A stretch of 64,000 bases of DNA from Utricularia gibba. Taxonomy: Eukaryota > Plantae > Magnoliophyta. The stretch spans positions 930,001-994,000 of the forward strand of contig NEEC01000011.1 of NCBI GenBank assembly GCA_002189035.1, written 5' to 3'. Under the pieces are notes generated by a model, which saw only the letters and a list, made by a program, of their open reading frames with translations, had not been told where the DNA came from and did no database searches. Position numbers and translations under genes: made by a program. This document shows, piece by piece, positions 1 through 12,667 of the stretch; the stretch's first letter is position 1, and each line of letters starts with the position of its first letter.

Positions 1-1116
1 AAGCAATAACACGAACGGCCAACACCCGCTAGGAAAACTCGGGTGAATGGTATAACTTTACTAAGTGATCACTTTCCATTGTGTAAACAAAAGATGGCAC
101 TAGAACTAAAACTCTTTTGGGCCACCTTATTATATTACCTAACACTGTTTTCCTGCTTTGTTACATTACTTAAGTTCCACATGCTTCGTTCTACCATGTT
201 GGAAGTGTCTTTGTCCTTTTCACTTCTTATTACTCTTTTAGTTCACCTTAGTTTACCCAATTCTATTTTCAATTTATGTAGATGCAATTTCAATCTTTTT
301 TCCTTTTTTCTTTTCAGACATTCCCTTCATTCTCTGGAGTTGAGGGGAGGCTCTGGGCAGTCGATGTGATACAACCTATCTGAGATTCACCTCTCTTACT
401 TTCAATATTGAATGAAAAAGAGCATTTTTGGAAAGGTGTTCAATTTCATCTATATCGAGTAACAGCCGGTGCATTGGATTTTAGTAAAATTTTATGTGAA
501 TTTTATTGTATCTTCCAATCATTTTTATTTGACTCGGACCCCTTCTGAAAAAATATAGGTCGATTCTTTAGCTCACCCTTTCTTGGAATAAACAAAAATG
601 ATAAAAGGACAAGGTTTCCGTTTGCAACACTGGCAAAGGGCTGTGATATTTCATGAATGATTCAGAATATTGCAAAAGTAGGTTTATAATGAGAAGGGGA
701 TTTCTAGAGCAGCTTCTAACAAGGCACATTAAGCCTATAAATAGAAGCTTCTTTCATATTTGAGAATTTATATTAAAAAAATCAAGTTTTAGTTGATTCC
801 TAATATAAGCATCAATTTTGATTCTTTCTTTTTTCTCTTGATTCTTTTCTAAATAGATCCTGTTCATGGATTAAAGCTCTGAGATTCAATCATAAACGAT
901 ATAGTACAGAAAGAGTTTTTTTTTCATCAAAAGTGAAATTCCCTACGTAAGTGTTAAGATGAGCAGTTATTTTAGTGAGAAATTTGTTTCATACACTTGG
1001 GATACATTTGTTTCATACACTTGGGATAGTGAGAAGAGATATATTTTAGTAGAGAAAAAAGTATATCCAACAAAAACACACTTCCACGGCGATGGTCATC
1101 AATCCAGCATGGGGAG

Positions 1117-2285
1117 TGATAACACATATTTTTAAGTGGCTCAATGCATGGAATTTATTCATTTTATGCTACAAAAATTAAGCTTAATTGCCGGTTTCTA
1201 TATTTCTTGCACATAAGTACCGTAGGAGTGCACTTTTAGTCTTAGTTGGGACTAAATCGCAGATTTAGTCCCAACCTTCTAACAGTTCCTTTCGAGCAAT
1301 GCAGCATGGGTCGCAACACAAATCCCAAGGAGCCGAGTATGAACAGTGTGGTGGCAGTAAAGGTGACAGAAGTCTGAAGAAGAGTACACGCAAAGCCCAA
1401 GGAGGGGAGAAAGGAAGATTTTGGAGAAAAAGGGAGGAAAGGTGGGGAGAGAAACAGATCTCCCCTTGGAGACTCACGAACACAATTTCTGGGAAGGTTT
1501 TCATGGGAGGAAGAAGAAGGAAGACAAACAGGAACGAAGCTGAAGTTCAAGATTATTTTCTGTCTTCGAAGAACATTACTCCTAGCTAAGAGTAGCTAGT
1601 GACGTTTTTCAGTTTTTGTTGACACTTCACATTACTTGCTTGTTTGCTTTCTGGTATTTGACTGTGAAATGAGCACACTGTGGGTGATGTTTTCTTTTCC
1701 ACTTTCATTTACCTTAAGCATGAGTGGCTAAGTACTTAGAGGGGTGCCTTAGGGTAAAAAGGGGAGAAACATGTTAATCAACCTTTAGATCTAAACAGCC
1801 ATGAGTCACGCCACTTCCTTAACAAACCAAGATAGATCCAGGAGGGGGAAGTAGTGAAACCCAACTTAACAACCCTAATTAGAGGTAGAACAAAGATTAG
1901 GGGGAAAAACAAGAATCCGGGTAGACCTAGATCTTGTGAGTTAGTTGTATGATTTGTGGTTTGTGTGAGTTTGTTTAGTGATGAGCATACATCCCCTAGG
2001 AGTCCCAAGGCATCACCCATTCCATTCCAAAAACAACCGAACTCTAGAACTTGTTATTTTTATTTACTGTATTTCGTTTTAGTTCTGCCTTAGTCCTAGC
2101 TAAGACCAATTTGACCAACATGACACTAGTTTCGTGCGTCAACTTTCACATGGCAAGCACCTGCTCTTCGTGTTCGACCCTAATCACTATGCTCATAATT
2201 GTTTTATGCTTGAATGTGGGTTATGTTATAAATTTATTTGATAGGAAAATTTGCATCTAACGACTTGCACAATTTTCTTTTATCA
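1117..2285 (+). mobile_element. Solo LTR of a gypsy (Athila/Tat-like) retrotransposon
   Basis: Starts TGATAAC and ends TTTATCA. Identical 5-bp GGGAG lies on both sides (1112-1116, 2286-2290) = TSD. Its 3' part is homologous to 30926-31214. Confidence 0.85.
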
Positions 2286-2463
2286 GGGAGGTCACAAGCA
2301 TCTATACCATAAATAAATTGGTTACTTAAAGAATCAAAAAAGCTTTGGAGTGATGTAAGAAAAACATTCCTCTAATGGATTCCCTAGGAACTTTTATAGT
2401 AAATGGAATATATAGAATTGTGATCAATCAAGTATGAATTTGGCTATCAATTCCATTACCTTA

Positions 2464-2515
2464 TTCGGCTATTGGACTTTCACCATCTAAGGGGCAGCAT
2501 TCACACTGCTTCGCC
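2464..2515 (-). pseudogene. Short organellar (probably plastid 23S) LSU rRNA-derived fragment
   Basis: TTCGGCTATTGGACTTTCACCATCTAAGGGGCAGCATTCACACTGCTTCGCC resembles the reverse complement of plastid 23S rRNA as I recall it, with mainly transition changes. Confidence 0.55.
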
Positions 2516-3554
2516 CTTCTAGCTACTAGGCTTAGAGAAAAGGGTGAAAGCCACATCATAAAAAATATGTGAGTTTTATGTATGAATCGATCTCATTCCA
2601 TTCCAATTCTAAAAAATCCAAATGAAAAAATAACTTAAGTCTCTTCTACACTACGTATGGAAACTGATATCCCACACAATAATAAAAAAAATTAAACTAG
2701 ATGGTTTTTTGCAAGCATATGAACATTTGCTTCCCCAGTTGACTTCTTTGGAATCTCCCCCTCTCTAACTCGGTACATAGAATTAGTCCTCAGTTCTCAT
2801 GTTGAGGTCAAACCAAGGCCCTATGAAAGTCAAGGCTACTCTTAGACGATGCATTTGTAGAAAGTTCTTTTTTTCCTTAAGAAGATCATGGATTACTTAG
2901 TAGCACATATGAATCTATCTCTCTATATAGCGTGAAAGAGAACTTGCCATTCCTCATTTCCAATCATTCTCTTCAATTGAAATGGCTTAAGCGGCTAGAG
3001 GGACAACTCACATGTCTGAATGGTTCAAGTTGAGTCTATAGGAGAGTGGATGGTTAAGCCATGATACAAAAACACGGTTCACTCACTACTTACAAACTAC
3101 TGATCTCTGGATGCTTTATACATGACTGGTGTGGAGTATGATCAAGCAGCGGGAATTGAGATGAACATACAACAAGATCATGTAGGAGAAAAACATGAAG
3201 TCTCATATTATTGTACATTGTAGTGCAATTGTGAGTTGTTCTAGTCGATTTTCCGATAGTCTTGAGGGTGATCAAGGCCCTGGATATTTCATAACTTGGG
3301 TTTTACCCGGCTAAAACGTCGTTGTGTTTGTTTTTTCTGAAATGATTGCAGCAAAGTGGATTAAGCACTATGAAGAGAAAAGTCAAGAACATATTGGTGT
3401 CGTTCTTTGACATGAGTTTCATTGTAGTGCAATTGTGAATTGTTCTAGTCAATTAAGTGTAACTGTTAATAGAGAACTGAAGACTCTTTTCCATGAGAGT
3501 GGTAGCTGTTCGAGAAATATATCTACCAAAATCAGCTAGGAGGGTAGTAAAATA

Positions 3555-3770
3555 TTAGTGTTGTGACAAGAACAAGCCCTCAGGTCTGCGAATGAGTTCA
3601 ATGCCACGAAAGAAGGTGGCTGGTCCCAAATCTTTGATAGTAAAGCAATTATGTAGATAGTCCTTTGTGGCCTGAATGCTGTCCAAAGACAACCTAGCAA
3701 TCAAAACTTCATCAACATATACTACCAATAAGGTCAGATCAGCCGTGGTTTTCTTGACAAAGAGATAGGG
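3555..3770 (-). pseudogene. Ty1/copia reverse transcriptase fragment
   Basis: LLVVYVDEVLI...FTIKDLGPATFFRGIELIR...LFLSQ matches the copia RT YVDD and KDLG motifs. Confidence 0.8.
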
Positions 3771-4124
3771 GGTGAGAAGTAGAAGATTGATGGCCAAAAA
3801 ACATCAAGGCAACCATAAGTAATAAAACCTACTCAACCGTTGGAAGTGGGCAACTCAGCCAGCCTTGGTTTTGCGGGTTTGTTAGGCTGTTGAGATCTAA
3901 AACTTGGTCTCATTACATGGTCTCATTAGATCCACATTTCATGTGAAGTTTGTTACTTTTGTGTCTACAAAAGGTGATATCCATAGCTTGTGTTTGTATC
4001 TTTTCTATTGCAATAAGTTTTGCTCTTCATTCACTTACTCTTTCAACCCAAAGCCCTCATTTTTTGTTGATGTTTTTCCTTGCATGATTTCTTGTGAGAG
4101 TTCATCCTATTTTTATCTATCAAG

Positions 4125-4136
4125 TGGTATCAGAGC
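4125..4136 (+). promoter_or_regulatory. Primer-binding site complementary to tRNA-iMet
   Basis: TGGTATCAGAGC 2 nt after the LTR-terminal CA. Confidence 0.9.
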
Positions 4137-4147
4137 TGGGTTGATAT

Positions 4148-7100
4148 GGATTCAACTCAATCCGGTGCTGTATGAAAATTCAATGGTGAGGATTATGCTA
4201 TTTGGGCCACCCAAATGAAGGCGTGCTTCCAGGTGATGAAGTTGTGGGAAATGGTTAATGCACCAGCACAACTAGAGCAGCTCCCTGCCATTGCCTCGCT
4301 GGAAAGAGTGAAAAGAGCTGAAGAATTACAAACAAGAGAAGGCCAAGCAAAAGTGGCACTTTATTTTCGTATGGATAAATCTCTCATTCCACGAACTTTA
4401 GCTTACAATTCTGATAAAGATATATGAGAAACTCTTAGAACTGAGTAGGTGATGGAGATGGAGTATGAGAGCTTGCGCATGCTCCAATTTGAAAGCATCA
4501 AAACATATGTTGATCGGTTCATAAAGTTAGTCACTCAATTGTAGATGCTTGGTGTGCGAAAAAGTGATTTCACAATGGAAAAAAAGATCATGCATACTGT
4601 TTTGCCTCGTTTTGAACAAAAAATCTCATCTCTGGAGTGTAGTGCAGATTATGAGAAATTGATTGTTGCTAAGTTGTCTAATGCCCTACAAGCACATGAA
4701 TGTAGGGTTGCTACATGGAAACAAGCCATGTAGAGAGCACTAGCTACACTCAATTTCAGAAAGCAGGATAAAAGATTTGTAGAAGGATGAAAAGGAGGAA
4801 AGGGAAAACAAAAACGGAAAGAAAAGGGAAAGTTTCCCCCTTGCAAACATTGCAAGAGAATATAGCATATATTTAAGACATATGTTATTCGAGACCAAAT
4901 GCACAATGCTCCAATTACAACCAATTGGGCCATGCTGACAAGGTATGCAAACAAAAGAAGGAAGCTCAAGCGAATGTCTCAGTTGTTGAGACAGCTCAAA
5001 AAAAGCAAGTGGAGACACTATTTACTGCTTCTTTGCTTAACCCTATAAAGCTTTATAGTGCTGCAAAACATGAGTCTCTATGTGCAGCTAAAATGCCAGA
5101 CACAAGTTCTACCTCAAATACAAGATGTTGGTGACTTAGGTTGTTGCGCTCACATGATTGATGATGAAAGGTACTTTGAGATGTTGGATTATTCATGTAC
5201 AAGTGTGAGACTTGGAAATGATGAGCTCCTAGATGCTATTGGTAGAGGCACGAACATAGTGCACACTCCTCTAGGGTTAAAGAATCTGGAGAACATTTAC
5301 CTAGTCCCAAAACTAAGCATCAACCTTCTTAGAAGAAGTTGGATGCTAGAGGATACTCTGTCACATTTGGAAGGGGAACTTGTGTAATCTTGGATCCAAA
5401 CGGTGATGTCATCTCCAGAACACCGGCAACTAGAGGTACTTTTTTCTTACCTTGGATCTTAGTTCCACAAGAATCTACTAACCCTGCTAGGCTAAACGAA
5501 TATGTGAGATGGCATAAAGCACTTGTACATGCCAGCTTCCAAGTTCTTCAATCCATGAGTTAAGGCGGAGTCTGCAGAGAATTTTCAATACTAATGTAAC
5601 CTACTGAAATGAAGTGTTCTATATGTCTCCAAGGCAAAATGAAACAACTATCATTCCCTCAACAAGCATACTTTTGAGTGGAGAAACTAATGGAGTTAGT
5701 ACATTCTGATGTTTGTGTCCCAATGAGTGTTGAATCACTTGGAGGGAGCAAGTACTTCATTAGCTTCATTGATGATAAGTCATGCTACTGCTGGGTGTTG
5801 TTTATGAAGTGCAAGTCACAGGGTCTCGGCTGAGAGAGCCTTTGGAGAAAAGCTGAAATGCCTTCATATAGATAATGGAGGCGAATTCAATTCCCTAATA
5901 TTCAAGGCAGAATTGAGAAGAGAAGATACCAAACATCACAAAACTGTGGTTTATCACCAGCACACAATGGCGTAGTAGAACAAAGAAAACCACAATTATG
6001 GCCATGGCTAGATGCCTACTCTTGGAAAAGAAGTTGCCTAAGCACTTCTGGAATGAAGCACTTGCAATCACCTTGTACATCCGAAATAGGTTACTCACCC
6101 ATAGCTTGAAAGGAGTGACACTGTATGAAGCATGGAATGGAAAATCACCAAACCTCAGACATCTAAGGTATTCAGATCTATGGCTTATGCGCTTATTTCG
6201 ACTGAATGCAGAACCAAGCTAGATAGTAGATCTGTGGCTAGGATATTCATTGGATACTCTAAAGAAACAAAAGGCTACAGAGTCTATAATCCACAAAACA
6301 AGAAATTTAGTGTGAAAGAAGTCAATGGATTGATCATAGACTTAGATGAAGATGATCACTGGGATTGGGATCATAACATGCTTGCATCACACGTATCTAG
6401 TGCAATACCAAAAGTAAGATCTTATAATGCATTAGATTTTCTTCTACATGACTTAGATGAAGATGCTTATCCTAGTGAAACCACTGAGATTCCCGAAGTC
6501 AATAGCGGTCTCGACCCTTGGAGTGATGATGGTACAAACATTAGTAGTCAAAGCAGCACTCCATCCAGATCCACAACTGAAAGCAATCATGACAATGCAT
6601 CATCATTTGAGACACCTCCCCTCAGAACTACATCTCTAGCGGATCTATACGAGTCAACACAGCTGATACAAATGTTAGAATCAGACCTTCATTAATTTGC
6701 CAATGCAGTTGTGTCTGCAATAGAGCCCTAATTGCTAAAGCACTTCAACAACCTTAATGGTGAAAGGCCGTGGAAGAAGAAATTATGATGATTTAGAAGC
6801 ACAAAACGTGGATATTGGTCGATCCACCAACAGGAGCCAATATCATAGGACTGAAATGGGAGTTCAAGGTCAAGACCAACCCAAATGGAACACTCCAAAA
6901 GTACAAAGCCGGGTTAGTAGTCAAAGGATATTCTCAAGAATATGGAATTGATTATTATGATTCATTTGCTCCAGTTGTGAGATTCGACATCATAAGGCTA
7001 CTGATAGCTATTGCTGTTCAAGAAAACTAGAGCATACACCAGATGGATGTTAAGTCAGCCTTCTTGAATGGTGAGTTGCAATAAAAAATATATTGTGTGC

Positions 7101-8190
7101 AGCATCCAGGTTTTGAAGAAGCAGAAAACAAAATATGCTTGCTACTTAAAGCTCTGTATGGCCTGAAACAGGCACCTCGTGCTTGGTATGAGAAGTTGGA
7201 GAAGGTATTACTTGACTTTAGTTTTGAGAAAAGTAAGAATGAGGCTGCCCTATTCACACTAACAAGAGAAATCTTTAATCATGATAGTTGTGATATATGT
7301 AGATGATATTATGATTATAGGTAATAGTCTAAATCATATTACAAGAATTCTTGAAGGAAAAATTCGACAAGACATACTTAGGAATATTACATCAATTCTT
7401 GGGAATGGAGGTGAAGCAACAACAAGAAGAGATTTTCTATGTCAAGATAAGTTCACCAAGAATCTACTAAGAAATTTTGGATTTTCTGAGTGTTTATCTG
7501 TAAATGTTCCTATGCTTCAGAACTACAAGTCAATGTGCGTAGAATCTGGAGAGCTAATAAATCTGACACTCTATAGATCCATTGTTGGATCATTGATGTT
7601 GGATCATTGCAAGCAGTTTATTATCTAGATTCATGCATTGTCCATTGATGGCTCATCTACAGTGTGTGAAAAGGGTACTCAGGTACCTAGCTGGAACCTT
7701 GACTTATGGCCTATATTATAATAGAAGCAATAAGGTTATGTATGGCTTCGTTGACTCAGACTTTGCTGAAACTAATGATTTCAGAAGCACCTCAGGTTAT
7801 TTTTTCAAATACACGTCAGCTGGAGTATGTTGGACCTCCAAGAAACAAAAAAAAATTGCCCAATCAACCGAAGATGTAGAATATGTTGCTGCTTCCTTTG
7901 TTGGAAATCAGGCTAGCTGGCTAAGGAAAACACTCACTAATCTTGGAAGGAAGGAACTAGATCCATCCACGATTTATTGTGACTCCAAAAGTGCCATAGC
8001 CATAATCAAGGATCCTGTGTTTTATGGAAGAACGAAGCATATATCAGTGAAGTACCATTGTATTCGTGAGAAGCAAAAGGACAGTGAATTACGATTCACA
8101 TATTGCAACTATGGTGATCAAGTTGCTGATATTTTTACCATGGCACTACCTCTCAGTCAATTTGAGAAATTGAGAAGTGAGCTAGGGTTA
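4148..8190 (+). pseudogene. Copia gag-pol pseudogene
   Basis: gag DYAIWATQMKA; GAG-pre-IN; integrase (LVHSDVC, FIDD, MARCLLLEKKLPKHFWNEA); RT ([28 protein letters not shown]); RNase H (DSDFA, WTSKKQ, RTKHISVKYH, QVADIFT). Confidence 0.9.
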
Positions 8191-8218
8191 GTCGATGGCA
8201 AAACACTCATGGGGGAGC

Positions 8219-8683
8219 TTTTTAAAGGTGAGTGTTCTCCTTTATCCAAAGCCGACCGAGGTGAGGTGTTTGCAATGCATTTCAAGGATACCAAATATCC
8301 AAATCGAGTAGTAAGTTTCATGATTTGATCGGGCTGCTGCCAAGCTCGAAGATGATGTTAGAAAAGAGAAATAATATCAAGTAATAAAACCTAATCAACC
8401 GTTGGAAGTGAGCAACTCAGTCAGCCCTGGTTTTGCAGGTTTGTTAGGCTGTTGAGATCTGAAACTTGATCTCATTCCATGGTCTCATTCGATCATAATT
8501 TCATGTAAAGTTTGTTACTTTTGTGTCTATAAAAGCTGATGTCCACAGCTTGTGTTTGTATCTCCTCTATTGCAATAAATTTTGCTCTTCATTCACTTAC
8601 TCTTTCAACCCAAAGCCCTCATTTTTGTTGCTGTTTTTCCTCGCATGATTTCTTGTGAGAGTTCATCCTATTTTTATCTATCA
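8219..8683 (+). repeat. Copia A LTR shared between two tandem units
   Basis: Follows the PPT, matches 3817-4122, and is itself followed by a second PBS. Confidence 0.8.
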
Positions 8684-8685
8684 AG

Positions 8686-8915
8686 TGGTATCAGAACTGG
8701 TTCGATATGGATGCAACTCAATCCGATGCTGTATGAAAATCAATGGTGAGGATTATGCTATTTGGGCCACCCAAATGAAGGCGCACTTCTAAGCGATGAA
8801 GCTGTGGGAAATGGTGAATGCACCAGCACAACTAGAGTAGCTCCCTGCCAATGCCTTGCTGGAAAGAGTGAAAAGAGCTGAAGAATCACAAGCCAAATAA
8901 GGCCAAGCAAAAGTG
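8686..8915 (+). mobile_element. Second PBS plus gag start of copia A (truncated tandem unit)
   Basis: TGGTATCAGAAC followed by a near-copy of 4137-4357, ending at GGCCAAGCAAAAGTGG. Confidence 0.85.
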
Positions 8916-9066
8916 GGTGTTCTCACATGGGCATGGGTTACGGTAACTCACACCCGTGTGGAGGGTGGCATATGAGCGTGGGTTATGGTAACCCACGCCC
9001 ATGTGGAGTATGGCACATGGGCGCGGGCTACTGTAACCCACACCCATGTGAGAACACCCACTTTTG
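8908..9066. repeat. Inverted-repeat-bounded array of three 37-bp palindromes, period 45 bp
   Basis: Outer IR CAAAAGTGGGTGTTCTCACATGGG / CCCATGTGAGAACACCCACTTTTG. Units at 8924-8960, 8969-9005 and 9014-9050, with 8-bp spacers GAGGGTGG and GAGTATGG. Confidence 0.85.
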
Positions 9067-12000
9067 AATTACACTGGAGTATTTACTCACAGGACACCGT
9101 TGAGGCTGGAGGGATCCAATAGAATTAGACCCAATTTTGGTGAACAGGGTTTCTCCTTCAGCGCAATTTCGTTTCTGCAGATGAGCTCCTTGGTGTCCCT
9201 TGACTCGCCCTGTTGATTCAACTGTTCCTCTTGTTCGACCGAAGTCTCACTTCCATCCTTAGACTCCAACATTCCTCCTTGAGGTTGGAATTGAGACTTC
9301 GGTTGGGTTTCAAGAGGATTTTTCCTTAACCCTAGTAGTTTGCGAATTGTCTTCAAATTCTTCAGAAAAAGACATTTGGTGAGAATATCGGCTGCCTGAT
9401 CTTCTTTTACGTATTCACGTAGGATGTGCTACTTCACCTTGATGTGTTTAGTCTTCTCGAACATGATGGGGTTTTTTGCTTTACTAATTTTTGAGTTGTT
9501 GCCGATTTTTAGTATTACCGGTTTTCGGATCTGGATCTTCAAGTCTTCACAAATCTTTATAATCCACTGGGCATGGTTTGCTGCTGCGGCACCTGCAATG
9601 TATTTGGCCTCGGTGGAAGATTGTGCTGTTACGTCTTGCTTGCGGCTGTTCCATGCGAACACACCAGACCCAAGATTGAAGAGATACCCGATGGTGGATT
9701 TGCACTCAAGTTCGTCATCTACGAAGTCGGAATCGACAAAACCTTAAAGGACAGGGTTAGTGCCCTTTTTATAATATAAGCCTGGATTTGAAGTGGTTTG
9801 AGATACTTAAGGATGCGTTTTGCTACCTCCATATGTTGTGTGTGAGGTGTTTGTGTAAACCTGGACAAGTAGGAACCGGGAAAGGTGATGTCTGACCTAG
9901 TTGCTGTTAAGTATTGCACCAATCAATCGTTGAAACTCCAGTTTGTCACATGTAGAATAATCTCTTGAGGTCAGTTTGTGTCTATTGTCAGGGGGGAACA
10001 AGTTGCAATAGGTTTAGAGTCTTCCAACTGATACCTCTTAATTAGATCTTCAATGTACTTCTTTTGATTCACAAAGATGCATTCGTCTAGTTGACTGATT
10101 TCAATCCCAAGGAAGTACCTCATCAGCCCCAGATCAACTAGGTCAAGCCTGTTTTTCAGCAGCTCCTTTTGTTTCTCGATAAGTTCAATGCTACTTCCTG
10201 TTAGTAGGATATCATCCACATATAGAGAGACCATAAAGTGCCTTTATCTAGGAGGTATAGTGTTGTATCATTATGACTTCTTGTGTATCCTTGTTCAATA
10301 AAAAAATGAGTCTATAGTAGAGTACCATTCCTTTGGTGCTTGTTTGAGACCATAAAGTGCCTTTTTTAGCTTCAGCACCTTGTTTTGCCCATTAGCTATC
10401 TCGAAGCCTGGTCGAGGCTGTACATATACATCTTCATGTAACTCTCCATTAAGGAATGCAGTCTTGATGTCCAAATGGTAGATGTTCCAATGATCAGCCA
10501 TGGCAAGTAGGAGTTTGATTGTGTCTAGTCGGGCGACAGGGGCAAAAGTTTCAAGGTAGTCAATGCCAAACCTTTGTAGGTATCCCTTCACTACTATTTC
10601 TTTTTGTTCTCAGTACTATCTTGGTTTAGTTTGGTTTTGTGTATCCATTTGAGCCCAAGAGCTTTGATGTTTGGGGTTTTTCCACTGCTTCCCAAACATT
10701 GTGGTCTTGAATGGATTATAGTTCATCTTCCATAGATTTGTACCAAAGTGGCGATTCCATGGCTTCTTTCAGTGTTCTGGGTTCCATAGCCAGCAGACCT
10801 CTCGCATAGATGTTTGCAAGGCTTTCATATTTCCTGTGGAGGGGAATATCAGCACTGGTGTGTAGATCTTCAAGGTCGTTGGGGTCAGAGCTACTATAGT
10901 GCGGTAGGTATTTATCTTTGTCATTAGGCAGTTTTTGCTATGCTTGGTCAAGTGTTTTAGGTGGCTCTGGGGTCTGCCTGGTTTTAATGACAGGTGGAGG
11001 TTAGGGGGAGATATTACACATTGGTGAGCATGGAAGAGAAGCTCTTGACGTCATTGGTGAGGAGATAGTCTCATCAGCCAATGGAGAGTCGTCCTCAGGT
11101 AACTCTTGTTGCTCCTTGGGTGTGAGTGGTTGAGCAAAAGTGGTTGAGGGACTAGCTGGTTGAGAGAAATTAGATGCTGTTGGATCAGGCAGAGGGATCT
11201 CAGCTGCGGCTTCTTCACCATTTTCTATATTTTCAGAGGAGTTCCTCTCGTTGCAGTATTTTTCTCCGTGGCTGTGATCCGCCCAGTAATTCTCAGTGTG
11301 CAGTAGCCCCTCCTCAATATGTGCAGTACTCATGCATCTCAACTCTCTATCCAACAAGTTGTTTGAGGATGGGTTCTTCGGACACCTTGTCTCAGGTGTG
11401 TCTTTAGGAAATAGGAGCAGAATGTTTTGAGGGTTGGAGCCAGCAGGTATTTGAGTGTTTTCTGATTCTCATTTTTAAGTCTTGGTCTCATCCACAATAA
11501 TGTGTCGACTGACTTGGATCTTATCAGTTCTCATATTTAATACTCGATATGCTTTGCTAGTTTGACAGTAGCATAGTAGCACTCCTAAGTCCGACTTGTC
11601 GTCGAGTTTGGTGCGTTTCTCTTTAGGTATGAGGATGTAATAGAGGGATACAAACACCCAAAGATGGTTTAGGGTAGGTGGCTTTCCAAACCGTAGCTCA
11701 TAAGGGGATTTTCATTTGGATCCTTTTGACTGCAATTTGTTGAGAAGGTAGACTGCGGCATTGACATCCTCTACCCAGAAGTATAGAGGCATGTCCTTTT
11801 CTTTTAATAGACAACGAGCCATGTTCATAATGGTCCTATTTTTTCTCTCGTAGACGCCATTTTGCTCTGAAGTATAGGGGGCTGTGAATTGGTGGACAAT
11901 ACCAGATGCCATGACCTTTCTTCCTTGAAGTCTCGCAAGACACCATTGAGGCTGGAGGGATCCTATAGAATTAGACCCAGTTCTCGTGAATAGGGTTTCT

Positions 12001-12117
12001 CCTTCAGCGCAGATTCCTTTCTGCAGACGAGCTTGTTGGTGTCCCTTGACTCGCCTTGCTGATTCTGTTGTTCCTCCTGTTCAATCGAAGTCTCACTTCC
12101 ATCCTCACACTCCAACA
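9066..12117 (-). mobile_element. Internally deleted Ty1/copia element B
   Basis: Direct repeats start TGTTGGAG at 12117 and 9271 (minus), with PPT at 9272-9283. IN (GIVHQFTAPYTSEQNG..ERKNRTIMNMARCL), RT ([19 protein letters not shown]) and RH (WNSRKQDVTAQSSTEAKY) are present. PBS, gag and PR are missing. Confidence 0.88.
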
Positions 12118-12309
12118 ATACTAACCAGGCAAACAAGAAACAAATGCAATAACGCAATGAAGAAAAAAAGATCACGAAAGCCATACCTTCAGAGAATGAT
12201 GATTGAGAGCAACTTCACGTCTTTCCGGTTGTGTGGGAATCACTTCTCCCAAGCTCTTGTTAGTTCGCCTTCACCCGTAAGTGGAGAAGAGGCTCATCCC
12301 CAATTTGAT

Positions 12310-12667
12310 TTAGGGTCAAATATCAAAAATAAAAAATTTAAAATATTTTAATAATTAAATATATATTATTAAAATATTATTATTATTGAACCGGGTTCAA
12401 TTTTGTAGGTCAAATATGCCAAATCGGTAAACTATTTGGGTCAAATATGCCAAAATCGAAATTTTATCAAGTTAAATCTATCATTATTAGATGTGTGTCT
12501 TCTATAGTAACAAAAATCTGTAGGTCAAATACATCATTTCATTAAACTTATGGGTCAAATATATCCATTCACGAAACTATATGTGTCCATTATACCCCGT
12601 TATAAAATTTTTTGGGTCCGTTATGTTCCAAACCCATAATTTTTAGGTCATATATGTAATTATCTCC
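12310..12667 (-). mobile_element. Orphan MULE-type terminal repeat
   Basis: Minus-strand start GGAGATAATTACATATATGACC and repeated GGTCAAATA subterminal motifs. The terminal 9-mer is identical to the right end of the MULE at 42807. Confidence 0.6.

Larger units (their letters stand above)
3817..8683 (+). mobile_element. Degenerate Ty1/copia element A (5'-truncated LTR, PBS, gag-PR-IN-RT-RH, PPT, LTR)
   Basis: Direct repeats at 3817-4122 and within ~8219-8683. PBS TGGTATCAGAGC at 4125-4136 and PPT GGGGGAG at 8211-8217. Copia domain order with many stops and frameshifts. Confidence 0.92.

Noticed and set aside
1111-1116. GGGGAG before the LTR read as a polypurine tract (3' LTR of an upstream element)
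   Set aside because: The same GGGAG follows the LTR end at 2286-2290, so it is a TSD and the LTR is solo.
1299-1589. 96-aa basic ORF as a protein-coding gene
   Set aside because: Lies within a TSD-bounded LTR; purine-rich composition explains the open frame.
8924-9050. CRISPR-like array (palindromic repeats with spacers)
   Set aside because: Spacers are only 8 bp and similar to each other, there are no cas genes, and the context is plant nuclear TE DNA.
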